Part shown: piece by piece, positions 38,291 through 48,060 of the stretch | How the letters are laid out: each line of letters starts with the position of its first letter | Numbering within the stretch: the stretch's first letter is position 1 | Assembly: GCA_903835325.1 (NCBI GenBank) | Contig: CAILMU010000061.1 | Span: 1-54,742, forward strand | Direction: 5' to 3' | Source of the DNA: an uncultured Candidatus Micrarchaeota archaeon | GTDB taxonomy: Archaea > Micrarchaeota > Micrarchaeia > Anstonellales > Bilamarchaeaceae | DNA: 54,742 nucleotides | Position numbers and translations under genes: made by a program | Notes under the pieces: generated by a model | What the model saw: the letters and a program-made list of their open reading frames with translations, nothing else | Databases searched by the model: none | What the model was told of the DNA's origin: nothing

Positions 38291-39367
38291 ATAGACAACA
38301 TATGCACCACCGCTTTCAACGTCTTCGTAGATTCCCAGGTGCTGCCAATCGCCGGAATATCGGCGGTTGCGACAGGTGCGATAATCGCCGCAGTGTACAT
38401 GTACGGCCATGCCACCAGCAACCCGAAGCTCAATGAATGGTCCAAGACAGAAGCCGTCCAGCTCCCGGTCTCGATGGCGTCGGTGTTCCTGATAATACTG
38501 GTGATGAATTCGTTCTGCGCTATCGACATCAACAGCGTGAGGGGCATTTTCGGCAAGCCCCCCATCGTCCTCGCCACGCCCGGGGCGACGACGAATATCT
38601 ATTATGCGGCCGAGAGCTACCTTGTCCAGAGCGCGTCTTTTTCCAGGGACGCCATGATAATCGCGAGGTATCACCATTCGGTCTACAATATCCTCCTGAT
38701 GCGGAGCACCTACAGGTGCGACGCATGGTGCTGGTTCGGTAACTCAGGCACGACGTTCCAGGGGTTTGCCGGATATTCAGGCAGGCTCAACCTGATGGGC
38801 CTGCTCTTCAACACCGCGCTGACATCGTATCTGTCCGCGCTCAACAGCCTCCTCATCTTCCTGTTCGTGAAAAGGGGGTTCATCCTTCTCCTGCTTCCCA
38901 TGGGCGTCTTCCTGCGCTCGATGCCTTTCCTCCGGACTTTCGGCTCGGTCCTGATAGCCTTATCAATGTCCTTCTTCCTCATATATCCGGCGACGCTCGC
39001 AGTATTCTCGATGATGGATGGTGTCTTCGACGACCCGTTCCCGAAGGATGTGCAGTCGCCTTTGCCCGGGTCCCCCAGCTACAACGTGAAGGATTATTTC
39101 CTCAACGAAGCGAACATCTATGGCAGGGACAGCGAGACGCCCGACCTGTCTTCGGACGCCGAGCTGGATGACAGCGCCCTGATGGGCACATATTTCCCGT
39201 TGAGCGGGGAGTACCTGTTCGAGACCGTTGAGTTCGTGGCATACGCATTCATCGCCGCGGTGTTCCTGCCCACCGTCGCGCTGCTCGCCACCGTGGCGAG
39301 CGTGAGGTACCTGGCGAGGATGTACGGGGAGGAGATAGACCTCAGCAGGATAGTCCAGATGGTGTAG
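38291..39367 (+). CDS. Gene F2: membrane paralog, counterpart of F1 (probable ATA start; first canonical start is GTG 38339)
   Basis: Homology to F1 extends 16 codons upstream of the GTG to an ATA that aligns with the F1 ATG. Confidence 0.75.
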   Translation: MDNICTTAFNVFVDSQVLPIAGISAVATGAIIAAVYMYGHATSNPKLNEWSKTEAVQLPVSMASVFLIILVMNSFCAIDINSVRGIFGKPPIVLATPGATTNIYYAAESYLVQSASFSRDAMIIARYHHSVYNILLMRSTYRCDAWCWFGNSGTTFQGFAGYSGRLNLMGLLFNTALTSYLSALNSLLIFLFVKRGFILLLLPMGVFLRSMPFLRTFGSVLIALSMSFFLIYPATLAVFSMMDGVFDDPFPKDVQSPLPGSPSYNVKDYFLNEANIYGRDSETPDLSSDAELDDSALMGTYFPLSGEYLFETVEFVAYAFIAAVFLPTVALLATVASVRYLARMYGEEIDLSRIVQMV

Positions 39368-39380
39368 GCATGGTGTTGAA

Positions 39381-40424
39381 ATGATAGGCAACTTCGCGAA
39401 TTTGATCCTTGACGAACTGACGCCCGGCTCAGACATCCTGAACGTGCCTGCCTGGATAGCCCTCGTGTTCGCGGCCACCATGGCCGTCTTCCTCATCCAC
39501 CTGATAATATACATGCTGGCCAAAGCGTTCGACATCGCGGACCTGAAAGCCTATTCAGAATCAGAGATGATGCAGGCCCTTGCCACGTTCCTGATGGCCG
39601 GGTTCATCGTGGTCATGCTCTCGAGCGCGGCGGATTTCGCGTACAAGGAATTCCTCAGCGGGGGCCAGATTCCCTGCGGCGATAATATGCTCTACATCAC
39701 AGGCCCCACCAGCTTCGGCGCCGACGGGCTCGATGTCATCCAATGCAGGCTCCTGGAGAAAGCGACCGCGATGAGCGAGCTCAAGACCCAGATATTAAAC
39801 TCTGCCGCGGGCTCGGGGATATTCGACCAGCTCAACGACCGGGTCAGCCTGATGGGCGCATCCGTATCCCAGGGCGACTGGGACTCCAAGACGTATTCGA
39901 CAGCCGAAGGGTACAGGTACGCGAACATCTTCGCGACCACGCTCCTTGCTTCGCTGAATGCCCAGGCGTTCTTCGTCATGTATATCAAGAAGAACATGAT
40001 ATCCTTCTTCCTGCCGATGGGCATCATACTGCGCGGGTTCAATTTCACAAGAGCGATAGGCGCGTTCTTCATAGCCCTCGCCATCGGGCTGTATTTCATC
40101 CTGCCCATCCTCTACCTGATCACGGACCCTGGATTCGTGAGGGTGCCGCCGACCGCATCGGCGATCACGACAGCTACATACTGCTACCAGACATTCAGCG
40201 GCGCCATCAACCTGGTGGGCCTGCCCAAGGTCCAGGCTATCGGCGAGGAGCAGACTGCGATGGATATGACCAGCATCAGCTCCGAGCTGAGCAGCACATA
40301 TATGAGCCTGCTCACCCATGCCTTCGTCGTGCTTTCGATCACGCTTGTGCTCGTCCGATACGGCATGACGCTGCTGGGAGGGGAGACGATGGAGCTCATG
40401 AGACTGGTCGGGAGGGTGGTCTGA
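39381..40424 (+). CDS. Gene G2: membrane paralog, counterpart of G1
   Basis: FDIADLKAY, CRLLEKATAM, LRGFNFTRAIG, LLGGETMELMRL. Confidence 0.8.
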   Translation: MIGNFANLILDELTPGSDILNVPAWIALVFAATMAVFLIHLIIYMLAKAFDIADLKAYSESEMMQALATFLMAGFIVVMLSSAADFAYKEFLSGGQIPCGDNMLYITGPTSFGADGLDVIQCRLLEKATAMSELKTQILNSAAGSGIFDQLNDRVSLMGASVSQGDWDSKTYSTAEGYRYANIFATTLLASLNAQAFFVMYIKKNMISFFLPMGIILRGFNFTRAIGAFFIALAIGLYFILPILYLITDPGFVRVPPTASAITTATYCYQTFSGAINLVGLPKVQAIGEEQTAMDMTSISSELSSTYMSLLTHAFVVLSITLVLVRYGMTLLGGETMELMRLVGRVV

Positions 40425-43400
40425 TGAGGAGCGCCTATCTGCTTATCGCGGCCGTGCTGGCTCTTTCATCACTCTACGGGTGCCTCGAGACGAACAAGGA
40501 TTTCACGTGCTGCCTGCGCCACTATGCGAACGACACCGGCAAATGCAAGATGTACAATTCGACCGACCCGAACAACCCCCTGGATCTTTCCGCTAAGACC
40601 AATTGGTGCAACATGACAGCGAATGTCTGCAATGTTACTACGAAGGACCAGAAGGTGACGGGCTTCTGGCCGAACATCGTCTTGAGCCCGGCCGAGCATT
40701 CCCTCATACCGATATGCACCGAGCTGGGCCCGCAGCAATGCATCGACCCGAAATGCCGGGTGATGGTATGCGGGGATTTCGAATTCCGCCCAAAGGTGCC
40801 GCCGACCGTGGAGGATTCGCAGAAGGCCGCTTCCAAGCAGTCGGGGAGCTCGGCCATCAACCTCTACCACGGCCAGTGCCAGTTCCTGCCGATGGATTAC
40901 AAGCTCGCGGGCATAATGAAGAACTCCCAGGGCTATCTGAGCAGGTTCAGGATAGGGCTCGGCACCACGTTCGATGAATATGCAAAGTACAGCGCGTTCT
41001 TCCCGATATCCGACAAATTCTGCAACATCAACACGCTCGGCACCATAGACCGCTTCCAGAATTATCTTGTCCCGGCGCAGATGAAGTTCGATCCCCTCAC
41101 AGGCATCAATGACAGCTGCGTCTCGGACCAGGACCCGGCGCAGGCCCCGCCGCCGCTGAAACTGGGGAACCTCAATCTCGGCCCGACCAACCAGCCGGTG
41201 ACAGGATACAAGATGGCCGGCTTCATCAGGGAGGTCTCGTTCCCCGTTTCGGACATCAATACGAATTATTTCATGACACCGTATTCCCGGCCCGACCCGA
41301 AATTCTACGCAACCGAGCTCCAGAAAAGGTATCTGGACGATGCATACAACTACACCATGTGGGTCATCCATGTGAACGACAAGTTGAAGGACGCGAAGAT
41401 CCCGAAAGCCTCGCTAAGCACTGACTGCTCGAAGTGCGCGGGCCTGTGCGACCAGGTCCCGGCATGCATGGACGCGACGATATACGGCGAGCGGTGCAAG
41501 ACGGACTGGGCCAATTATGACAAGTATCTGGAGGAGAAGGCCGCAGCCGAGGCTGAAGTGACCAAGGCGTTGGGCGAGAGGCCGAAGGCGGCCCCGAAGG
41601 CGCTGTATGAATGCGACCCGAACCGGCCCTCCGAATGCCTGTCATCCAGATGCAGCACCGACGATTACAACCGGGTGAACCTGTTCGTGAGCGGGCAGGA
41701 GGTGGCGCTACCTTGCACGCTTTCCACGGTCCAGGCGCCGAATTACGATAAGATGTTCGAACCGAACCTATCGGCCGTGCTACCGCAGGACGGGAAGACG
41801 GTATACGATTCCGATCTCGGGTCTTTGATGGCGCCTTATGACACCTATGATGTCCTGCGGTGCGAACCCACGACAGACATCACATTCGACACCCCCGGGA
41901 GCAGCGTCGCGACGCACCACCTGGCCCAAGCCTCGTACAAGGCGGCCGGGAGCGACCAGTACACGGAGGGGACGGCGGGCGATATCGTATTGTTCAGCTA
42001 TGACAAGGCGAGATATCCGGCGGACCACATCTACCTGAAATACAAAACCGATATCACCAATACACCGCAAGACACGATATGCTCGAGCGGCGAGAGTTGC
42101 GCCGGGAAGTATGAGGCCGATTACTCTAATACAGGCAAGCCGGTGATCGGGTACACTGTCATGAACGGGCAGGACTTCCCCAACACGCTTTTCGCCAGGC
42201 TCTGCCAGCTCAATTCATCAACCGATTATGAGGTCGTGAAGATCAATAACGACACCGTATGCGGCGAGGATACGCATGCCCCGTTGGGCTCCTGCATGGT
42301 GGCCTGGGAGACTCCAGGCGGTTCGGTAGGGAATTCGCAGAAGAATTGCTATCATACGATGGGATGCGTGGCCCAGGGAGGAGGAAGCGACGCAGTCGCA
42401 TTCTTCTTCGCGACCGGATGCGCGATCCAAGGCCAGGGTTCGTGCAACAACCCCGAGATATCCCCTAACCTGGCGGACAGCTATTACGGGCTTTCGCGCA
42501 CATTCGGCAGCGGCGCTCTCTATAACGGCATTTCCACGTCATGGCAGGATTTCCCGGCGGAGATAAGACCGCAATTCCTCAATGACCTGCAGGCCATGCA
42601 TGCGAGGCCGGACGACAAAAATGATTTCCAGTCCAACAGGTACATGTGCCTCTCGCCGGAGTATCCTGGTCAGCAGACGCAGGCAGACTCCTCGCCCGAT
42701 TGCGTCGCTGATATCCCGAACGCCCCCAAGGAGATCGTCCTCATCCACAGCCTCGGCGCATGCGACTATGACCTGAAGCCCGGGACATTCCCGAAACTCA
42801 AGGAATACGGATGGTGCGACAGCTGCACGCTTGCGAGCATGGCCTACCAGAAGGTGGACCGGCTCGATATCCCGTATATCCCCCTGAACGAGGTGGGGTA
42901 TTCCTCGACAACTGGAAATCCCAAGAACTACACCTACCAGTTTCAGAAAGGGCCGGCTGTATTCGACGCATCGCAGCTGGCAGACAGCTTCAATTCCTCG
43001 CCCATCTGCACCTGGCAGCCGGTAGATGACAACAACAAATTAGCGTTCATGAGGTGCAACACCAGCACGGACTTCAAGCCTTACCACAAGCAGGATCCGG
43101 GCAACATACATGCCCCGCAGGAGGAGCCCGAAGCGACATACCTGAAGATGCAGATGGCCAGGTTCCAGCAGTCCGGCGCGATACCCATATTGGATTTGTC
43201 CGACGATGCGGACTGGGCGCCGATAGACGCAACGATATACGTCGATGAATCAGGCTTCTATGATAAATGCAAGAGCGACAATCAAGAGAGCGCCTCATCG
43301 TTCTGCAGTCTTGGTGCGTTGCAGTTGCAATACAAGCCCGCTTGTGAGAATGACTATCCGGGTGATATGGCGAAGGTATTGCAGTGCATGAATGACCGGT

Positions 43401-45526
43401 GCATCGAGGACCAGCTGAAAAACGCCTGCGCCTCTGTCCCGGACACGCAGACAGTGGCGAAACAGGTCCAGGAGTACATGTCCACCCGCCTGATATACAA
43501 CCAGGGCGCGACGATAGTCGTGGTGGAGGGCACCAATGCCAGCGAAGACGCTGCCGTGATGCAGGAAAACATCAAGACCAGGAACCAGATAATCAAGAAG
43601 GACTGCCCCAGATGCCTTACTGCCGTGCGCGTGATGGGCTATGACAATGCGACATTCGCAGCCTCGCTGAGTAGGGTGTTCAACGGCACCAATTGCTTCG
43701 GCATCATCGGGGGTATCGGGGCAGGCACCTGCAATATGCTGCTTGCCGACGACCCGCTCTTCGGAGTGGATGTGGTGATCTTCGACTATGGCGTACAGGA
43801 GAACAAGGAGGCCTATAAGAGTTCAAAGACCCCGGACGAGAAGGCGACTGCCGTCATAGGCGACCTGCAGGACCGCGGGTTCTACATATTGAAGAATTAC
43901 AACAAGCCCTCCATAGTTTTCGATTTCTATGTCTCCCAGCAGGACCTGGCCGGCTCGACATCCAATCCGGATGGCTGGAGCAAGGATGAGGTGGACGCGC
44001 TCTTCAAGAAGATGATAGAGCGGGAGGACGACCTGGTGAAGGCAGGGGTCACCGGATTGTTCTACGCGAGGGTGAAAAGCGTACCGTATCCTGAAGCCGG
44101 CAAAAGCACCGACACGGATTGGACGAAGCTCATCACACCTTCCGATGACTCGGTCCACCGCTCGATGTGCTCGCTGAGCCAGGCGATGCTCCGCATGGTG
44201 GCTGAGAAGCCCCTGACGCTGATAGAACGCAAGAGCGCGACGCCGGTCGTCTATTGCACGGACTGTTCCTATTCGGACCTCTATTCAGGGACATGCTCGA
44301 TGACATGCGGAAACGGCATCAACTGCACAGCCGGACCGGATGCCACAGCCCTGAGCGACCTGAAATGCCCTGATGGCGGGATCCCCGACCCGTGCAGGGA
44401 ATGCAACACGACGGGCAAGACCTTCACCTGCACGATTGAATACGAGAACGGCAGCATCGTGAAGCATGATGTCGACTCGAAGGACATCTCAAACGATGCG
44501 TACGCGGACGTGATATCCGGGATCGCCGCTCCGGACAAGTGCTGCCTCTCGAATGAAGGGGCCAACTATAGTTTCACCCAGAGCTCTGTCACGATCGGCG
44601 TGAATTCTCCCGTGGTCTTCTCGAAAAGCGGGGATACGAACGTGGACTGCGCCTTCCCATCAGCCTCATCATTGCAGAACGCCGGGCAGGGGCAGTTCTG
44701 CAACGTCAAGACGAACACGATGAATTACCGCGTCTCCTGCATTGAGAAGAACGCATATGACAAGCTCTCGGCAATAGGAGCATTCAAAGGAGGCTTCGAT
44801 TTCAGCAAGAACTACCAGGCGATAAACACCGCCCAGGTTCCCGGCACCGGCGGGGCGTTGAAAGCATCTCCCGGGGGCCTGGTGAACGGGGGCAATGCCG
44901 TGATATCTTCCTCGGGGGCAGTGCAGGGCGTAAATGACCCATGCCTCAATGAAAACCCATCCGGGACAGGAGGGGGCCTGGTCCAGGCCCAACCAGGGGT
45001 CATCACCGGCACCGGAGGAGCGGCCCAGACCTGCGAAGGGCCCGCGTACATATGCTCGGAGTTCGCCAAGCAATGGGAGAAGGCGAAGGAGAAGCAATGC
45101 ACTGACTACATCGCGCAATGCAGAGCAGAGCCCTGGACATACAGCAGCTATCCAGACTACGAGTTCTGCCCGGGTCAGGATGATTGCAAGAATAATTTCA
45201 ATACGTACTGCGCCAAGGTCATCCAGAAATACGGGAATGGGCAGCTCGCGTGCGAAGACGCATGCTGCGAGAACATGTGCCAGATAACCATCTGCCCGCC
45301 GGACCCCAACAATCCCAAGCAGAGCGCGCCAGGGTGCACGGAGGTCACCTGCCCGCCAGACCCCTGCCTGCAAAGGAATGACTCCTGCGAGCTGACCTGC
45401 AATAAGGCCGGAGGAGGGTCGGCTATAGTCGATCCGCCATATCCGTGGGCGCCAGGAGGCTCTCTAGCCGGCAAGGGCAACGACCCCTGCAAAGCCTTCC
45501 AGCAGACCGGTCCGACGGTGAAATGA
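40424..45526 (+). CDS. Gene H2: giant Cys-rich surface lipoprotein, counterpart of H1 (1700 aa)
   Basis: TGATG overlap; MRSAYLLIAAVLALSSLYGC lipobox-like start; collinear with H1 down to PPYPWAPGG.LAGK.NDPC. Confidence 0.82.
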   Translation: MRSAYLLIAAVLALSSLYGCLETNKDFTCCLRHYANDTGKCKMYNSTDPNNPLDLSAKTNWCNMTANVCNVTTKDQKVTGFWPNIVLSPAEHSLIPICTELGPQQCIDPKCRVMVCGDFEFRPKVPPTVEDSQKAASKQSGSSAINLYHGQCQFLPMDYKLAGIMKNSQGYLSRFRIGLGTTFDEYAKYSAFFPISDKFCNINTLGTIDRFQNYLVPAQMKFDPLTGINDSCVSDQDPAQAPPPLKLGNLNLGPTNQPVTGYKMAGFIREVSFPVSDINTNYFMTPYSRPDPKFYATELQKRYLDDAYNYTMWVIHVNDKLKDAKIPKASLSTDCSKCAGLCDQVPACMDATIYGERCKTDWANYDKYLEEKAAAEAEVTKALGERPKAAPKALYECDPNRPSECLSSRCSTDDYNRVNLFVSGQEVALPCTLSTVQAPNYDKMFEPNLSAVLPQDGKTVYDSDLGSLMAPYDTYDVLRCEPTTDITFDTPGSSVATHHLAQASYKAAGSDQYTEGTAGDIVLFSYDKARYPADHIYLKYKTDITNTPQDTICSSGESCAGKYEADYSNTGKPVIGYTVMNGQDFPNTLFARLCQLNSSTDYEVVKINNDTVCGEDTHAPLGSCMVAWETPGGSVGNSQKNCYHTMGCVAQGGGSDAVAFFFATGCAIQGQGSCNNPEISPNLADSYYGLSRTFGSGALYNGISTSWQDFPAEIRPQFLNDLQAMHARPDDKNDFQSNRYMCLSPEYPGQQTQADSSPDCVADIPNAPKEIVLIHSLGACDYDLKPGTFPKLKEYGWCDSCTLASMAYQKVDRLDIPYIPLNEVGYSSTTGNPKNYTYQFQKGPAVFDASQLADSFNSSPICTWQPVDDNNKLAFMRCNTSTDFKPYHKQDPGNIHAPQEEPEATYLKMQMARFQQSGAIPILDLSDDADWAPIDATIYVDESGFYDKCKSDNQESASSFCSLGALQLQYKPACENDYPGDMAKVLQCMNDRCIEDQLKNACASVPDTQTVAKQVQEYMSTRLIYNQGATIVVVEGTNASEDAAVMQENIKTRNQIIKKDCPRCLTAVRVMGYDNATFAASLSRVFNGTNCFGIIGGIGAGTCNMLLADDPLFGVDVVIFDYGVQENKEAYKSSKTPDEKATAVIGDLQDRGFYILKNYNKPSIVFDFYVSQQDLAGSTSNPDGWSKDEVDALFKKMIEREDDLVKAGVTGLFYARVKSVPYPEAGKSTDTDWTKLITPSDDSVHRSMCSLSQAMLRMVAEKPLTLIERKSATPVVYCTDCSYSDLYSGTCSMTCGNGINCTAGPDATALSDLKCPDGGIPDPCRECNTTGKTFTCTIEYENGSIVKHDVDSKDISNDAYADVISGIAAPDKCCLSNEGANYSFTQSSVTIGVNSPVVFSKSGDTNVDCAFPSASSLQNAGQGQFCNVKTNTMNYRVSCIEKNAYDKLSAIGAFKGGFDFSKNYQAINTAQVPGTGGALKASPGGLVNGGNAVISSSGAVQGVNDPCLNENPSGTGGGLVQAQPGVITGTGGAAQTCEGPAYICSEFAKQWEKAKEKQCTDYIAQCRAEPWTYSSYPDYEFCPGQDDCKNNFNTYCAKVIQKYGNGQLACEDACCENMCQITICPPDPNNPKQSAPGCTEVTCPPDPCLQRNDSCELTCNKAGGGSAIVDPPYPWAPGGSLAGKGNDPCKAFQQTGPTVK

Positions 45527-46080
45527 GGATGGCCGAGTTTATCGAAGTCCTCCGCCTTTCGCACCGCCTTCCGCGCGATGAACGCATCTCCACCCATGTG
45601 GCGCTCGTCGCCCGCGCGTTCGGAGCTTCTTCTATTATATATAGCGGACAGCATGATGCAGGTCTCGAATTGAGCGTTTCGCGCATCGCAGAAAGATGGG
45701 GCGGAAGACTTGGAGGCGGGGAGTTCGCGATTTCGTACGAGCGCAACCACACCCAATTCATAAAAAAGCGCAAGCGCGAAGGGTTCGTTATCGTCCATCT
45801 GACGATGTACGGGATAAAAATAGGAAAAATGCTCGGCGAGCTCGATAAAATTAAAAATAAAAAAATCCTCATCGTAGTGGGTTCCGAAGCGGTCCCTCCC
45901 GAAGTGTACCAGCTCGCTGATTTCAATGTCTCGGTGACAAGCCAGCCCCACAGCGAAGTCGCGGCCCTCGCGATAACCCTTGACCGGCTGAGGGAAGGAG
46001 CCGAGCTCGAGCGCGATGATTTTTTTGGGGAAATCCATATCGAGCCGAGCGAACGCGGGAAGAGAGTGGTGAAAAGATGA
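45523..46080 (+). CDS. trm56: tRNA (cytidine(56)-2'-O)-methyltransferase
   Basis: LRLSHR..RDERISTHVALVARAFGA, VHLTMYG, VVGSEAVP, QPHSEVAALAITLDRL; start 45523 or 45529. Confidence 0.96.
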   Translation: MRMAEFIEVLRLSHRLPRDERISTHVALVARAFGASSIIYSGQHDAGLELSVSRIAERWGGRLGGGEFAISYERNHTQFIKKRKREGFVIVHLTMYGIKIGKMLGELDKIKNKKILIVVGSEAVPPEVYQLADFNVSVTSQPHSEVAALAITLDRLREGAELERDDFFGEIHIEPSERGKRVVKR

Positions 46081-46122
46081 CAAATCAAAAGGATTAAAAA
46101 TAGTTCAATCTTATAGTAATGT

Positions 46123-46788
46123 ATGTCGATATTCGATAAATGGGCCTGGATCAGGCGAAATTGCGCGTATGTGCTTGAGGAAGCCACTGCATTGGATCTG
46201 GTCTTCGTCGGAGGCACTGCGCTCAACCTTGTTCTCTTCAAAGAGTATCGCGCATCGGAAGATATCGACCTCTATGACCCCCAGGCGAAAACCGTCGGGG
46301 CTGCGCATGAAAAAGAATGCGTGGAAAAATTGGCGAAGCGCCTCGCTGAAAAGGGTTTTGAAATCAAATCAAGAGATGAAAGAGCCCTTTGGATAGGCCC
46401 GAACATAAAGGTCGAAGTGTTCAATGACGGGACATCTTTCACGAAAATAGAGAAGAGGGACTTTGACCAGGCAACCATCCTCACCTTTGACCTGAAAACA
46501 TATGCGGATATGAAGATGGCCGCCCTTTTATGCAGGACAACCTATGATGCACGCGACCTTGTGGATTTGTTCGTCATGAAAAAACAGGCCGGGGTTGTGC
46601 CGCGGTTCCCTGTACGCGAATGTGACGTGATAGAGAACCGTTTCAATGGAAGATTGATGAGCATCAAGCAGACCAAGAGAGAGGATCTGTCGGTATTCCA
46701 AACGGATGCGCAGATTGAGAATCTTCCCTACGGGGAATTCGAAGAATTCAAGAAGTGGTTGTATGGCTGGCTATCAGGATTTCGTTGA
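46123..46788 (+). CDS. AbiEii-family nucleotidyltransferase (type IV TA toxin-like)
   Basis: FVGGTAL, YRASEDID, KMAALL.R...RDLVDL motifs. Confidence 0.88.
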   Translation: MSIFDKWAWIRRNCAYVLEEATALDLVFVGGTALNLVLFKEYRASEDIDLYDPQAKTVGAAHEKECVEKLAKRLAEKGFEIKSRDERALWIGPNIKVEVFNDGTSFTKIEKRDFDQATILTFDLKTYADMKMAALLCRTTYDARDLVDLFVMKKQAGVVPRFPVRECDVIENRFNGRLMSIKQTKREDLSVFQTDAQIENLPYGEFEEFKKWLYGWLSGFR

Positions 46789-47479
46789 GGTATTCGGCAG
46801 CGGGGTTTTCATAAAATCGAGCGGCATCGCAAAAAAATATCCGCTACAAAAAGCCCTTGCATCGTTGTACGTCTTGCCGACATTCTTCAGGGGCATATGC
46901 TACATCCCGACGGGTCTGGAAAGGAAAGCCCATATCATCGAAAGAAAGCAGGATTTCTTCACTTCGCTGTTTGATTTCCGTTATGGGAAGAGAAGGTGGT
47001 ATTGGGCTTTGAGCACAGCCGCACGCCACTATGGCATTGAATGGAGCGCCACAAGAATCCTTGAGATCGTTGCCCTGGAACGGCCGAAAACGATCGGCAT
47101 TTCAGGCAAAATCCGATCCCTGCAGAGGAAGAGGTCATACCGTTCACGAACTCTTGCAAGATATCTTGCATCGTTCGAAGTGAATGCGATATACGTCCAT
47201 AAAGGGAATGCGGGGTCTTTGCTATCGATTAAGATAGATGATGCGATAGGGCCTGTCTGTTCAAAAGAGCAGATAAAAAAAGACATCGAAACCTTCATCC
47301 CGAAAGTCAGGGACCCCAGGATAAAAGGCATATACAAGCGGATTGCTGAGGAGATGAAGCCGGAAGGGGAACTGAGCATGCAGACAAAAAAAGATATCGA
47401 GACCGCCCGAAAAGATATCAGAGAAGGGAAAGGAGTGATGTTATCGAAAATCGGCCATAGGAAGAATACCTACAAGTAG
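46763..47479 (+). CDS. Probable AbiEi-like antitoxin/partner protein
   Basis: Overlaps the AbiEii gene; RGICYIP and YWALSTAARHYG resemble the AbiEi RGxY and Y.S..SAL..HG segments. Confidence 0.6.
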   Translation: MAGYQDFVEVFGSGVFIKSSGIAKKYPLQKALASLYVLPTFFRGICYIPTGLERKAHIIERKQDFFTSLFDFRYGKRRWYWALSTAARHYGIEWSATRILEIVALERPKTIGISGKIRSLQRKRSYRSRTLARYLASFEVNAIYVHKGNAGSLLSIKIDDAIGPVCSKEQIKKDIETFIPKVRDPRIKGIYKRIAEEMKPEGELSMQTKKDIETARKDIREGKGVMLSKIGHRKNTYK

Positions 47480-47583
47480 GCACAGAGCCGGGCGCATGGT
47501 TCTGAGCCAACGGCGATGAAATAATCGGGCCGAAAAGGAAGTTTTTTATTACATGCCCGAGTCATAAGGAGCGAGGTATTTCT

Positions 47584-47985
47584 ATGCTTGAGATGAGAGA
47601 GATGTGGCTCAGCGGCGCCGAAGTGAAGAGGATGGAGGGCACAGGCGTCCCGAGCAGCATCCAGATAAATCTGGGGATTGACAAAGTGACCGAGAACGGC
47701 TCTGGTTCGCTGATGCTGGATTTCACGTACATGGTGGACTACAAGCCCGCGTACGCGATGGTGAAAGTGACCGGGCGGGCGAACTGCTACGACAACCCGG
47801 AGAACATCAAGAGGATCCTGGCCGAGTTCAAGAAGAAGAAGGCCTTGCCCCCGGAACTGGCATCTAACGCGATAAACATGATAAACGCGAATGCCGGGAT
47901 AAACATCGTCTTCCTGGTGAGGCCGTTCAATCTGGCGCCGCCGTTCATGCCTCCGCCCATATTCGCCGAAGGCAAGAAACAATAA
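47584..47985 (+). CDS. Conserved archaeal hypothetical protein, possibly SecB-like fold
   Basis: Four predicted strands followed by two helices and a Pro-rich end (PFNLAPPFMPPP); fold call is an inference. Confidence 0.6.
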   Translation: MLEMREMWLSGAEVKRMEGTGVPSSIQINLGIDKVTENGSGSLMLDFTYMVDYKPAYAMVKVTGRANCYDNPENIKRILAEFKKKKALPPELASNAINMINANAGINIVFLVRPFNLAPPFMPPPIFAEGKKQ

Positions 47986-48060
47986 TGAAAATAGGATGGG
48001 CAAACCAAGGCCCAAGACGCTTCTTTTTAGGTTTTCCGATTCACTCCAGCCGTGCCCAGG

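Larger units (their letters stand above)
28231..45645. repeat. Copy 2 of the ~17 kb diverged tandem duplication
   Basis: Same gene order, orientation and most gene junctions as 11337-28082. Confidence 0.95.

Noticed and set aside
39370..39384. Mini-ORF MVLK* overlapping the G2 start, with a similar ATGGTG at 21839
   Set aside because: More simply explained as a GGTG ribosome-binding site; lengths differ between copies.
39743..40423. N-terminal extensions of ORF calls starting at 17028, 33509, 39743, 45445 and 46706
   Set aside because: They overlap the upstream genes; stop/start overlaps, signal peptides or paralog alignment indicate later starts.
11337..45645. Duplication as a diversity-generating retroelement, prophage or integrated element
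   Set aside because: No reverse transcriptase, integrase, transposase or capsid gene; differences are not adenine-specific; no terminal repeats seen.
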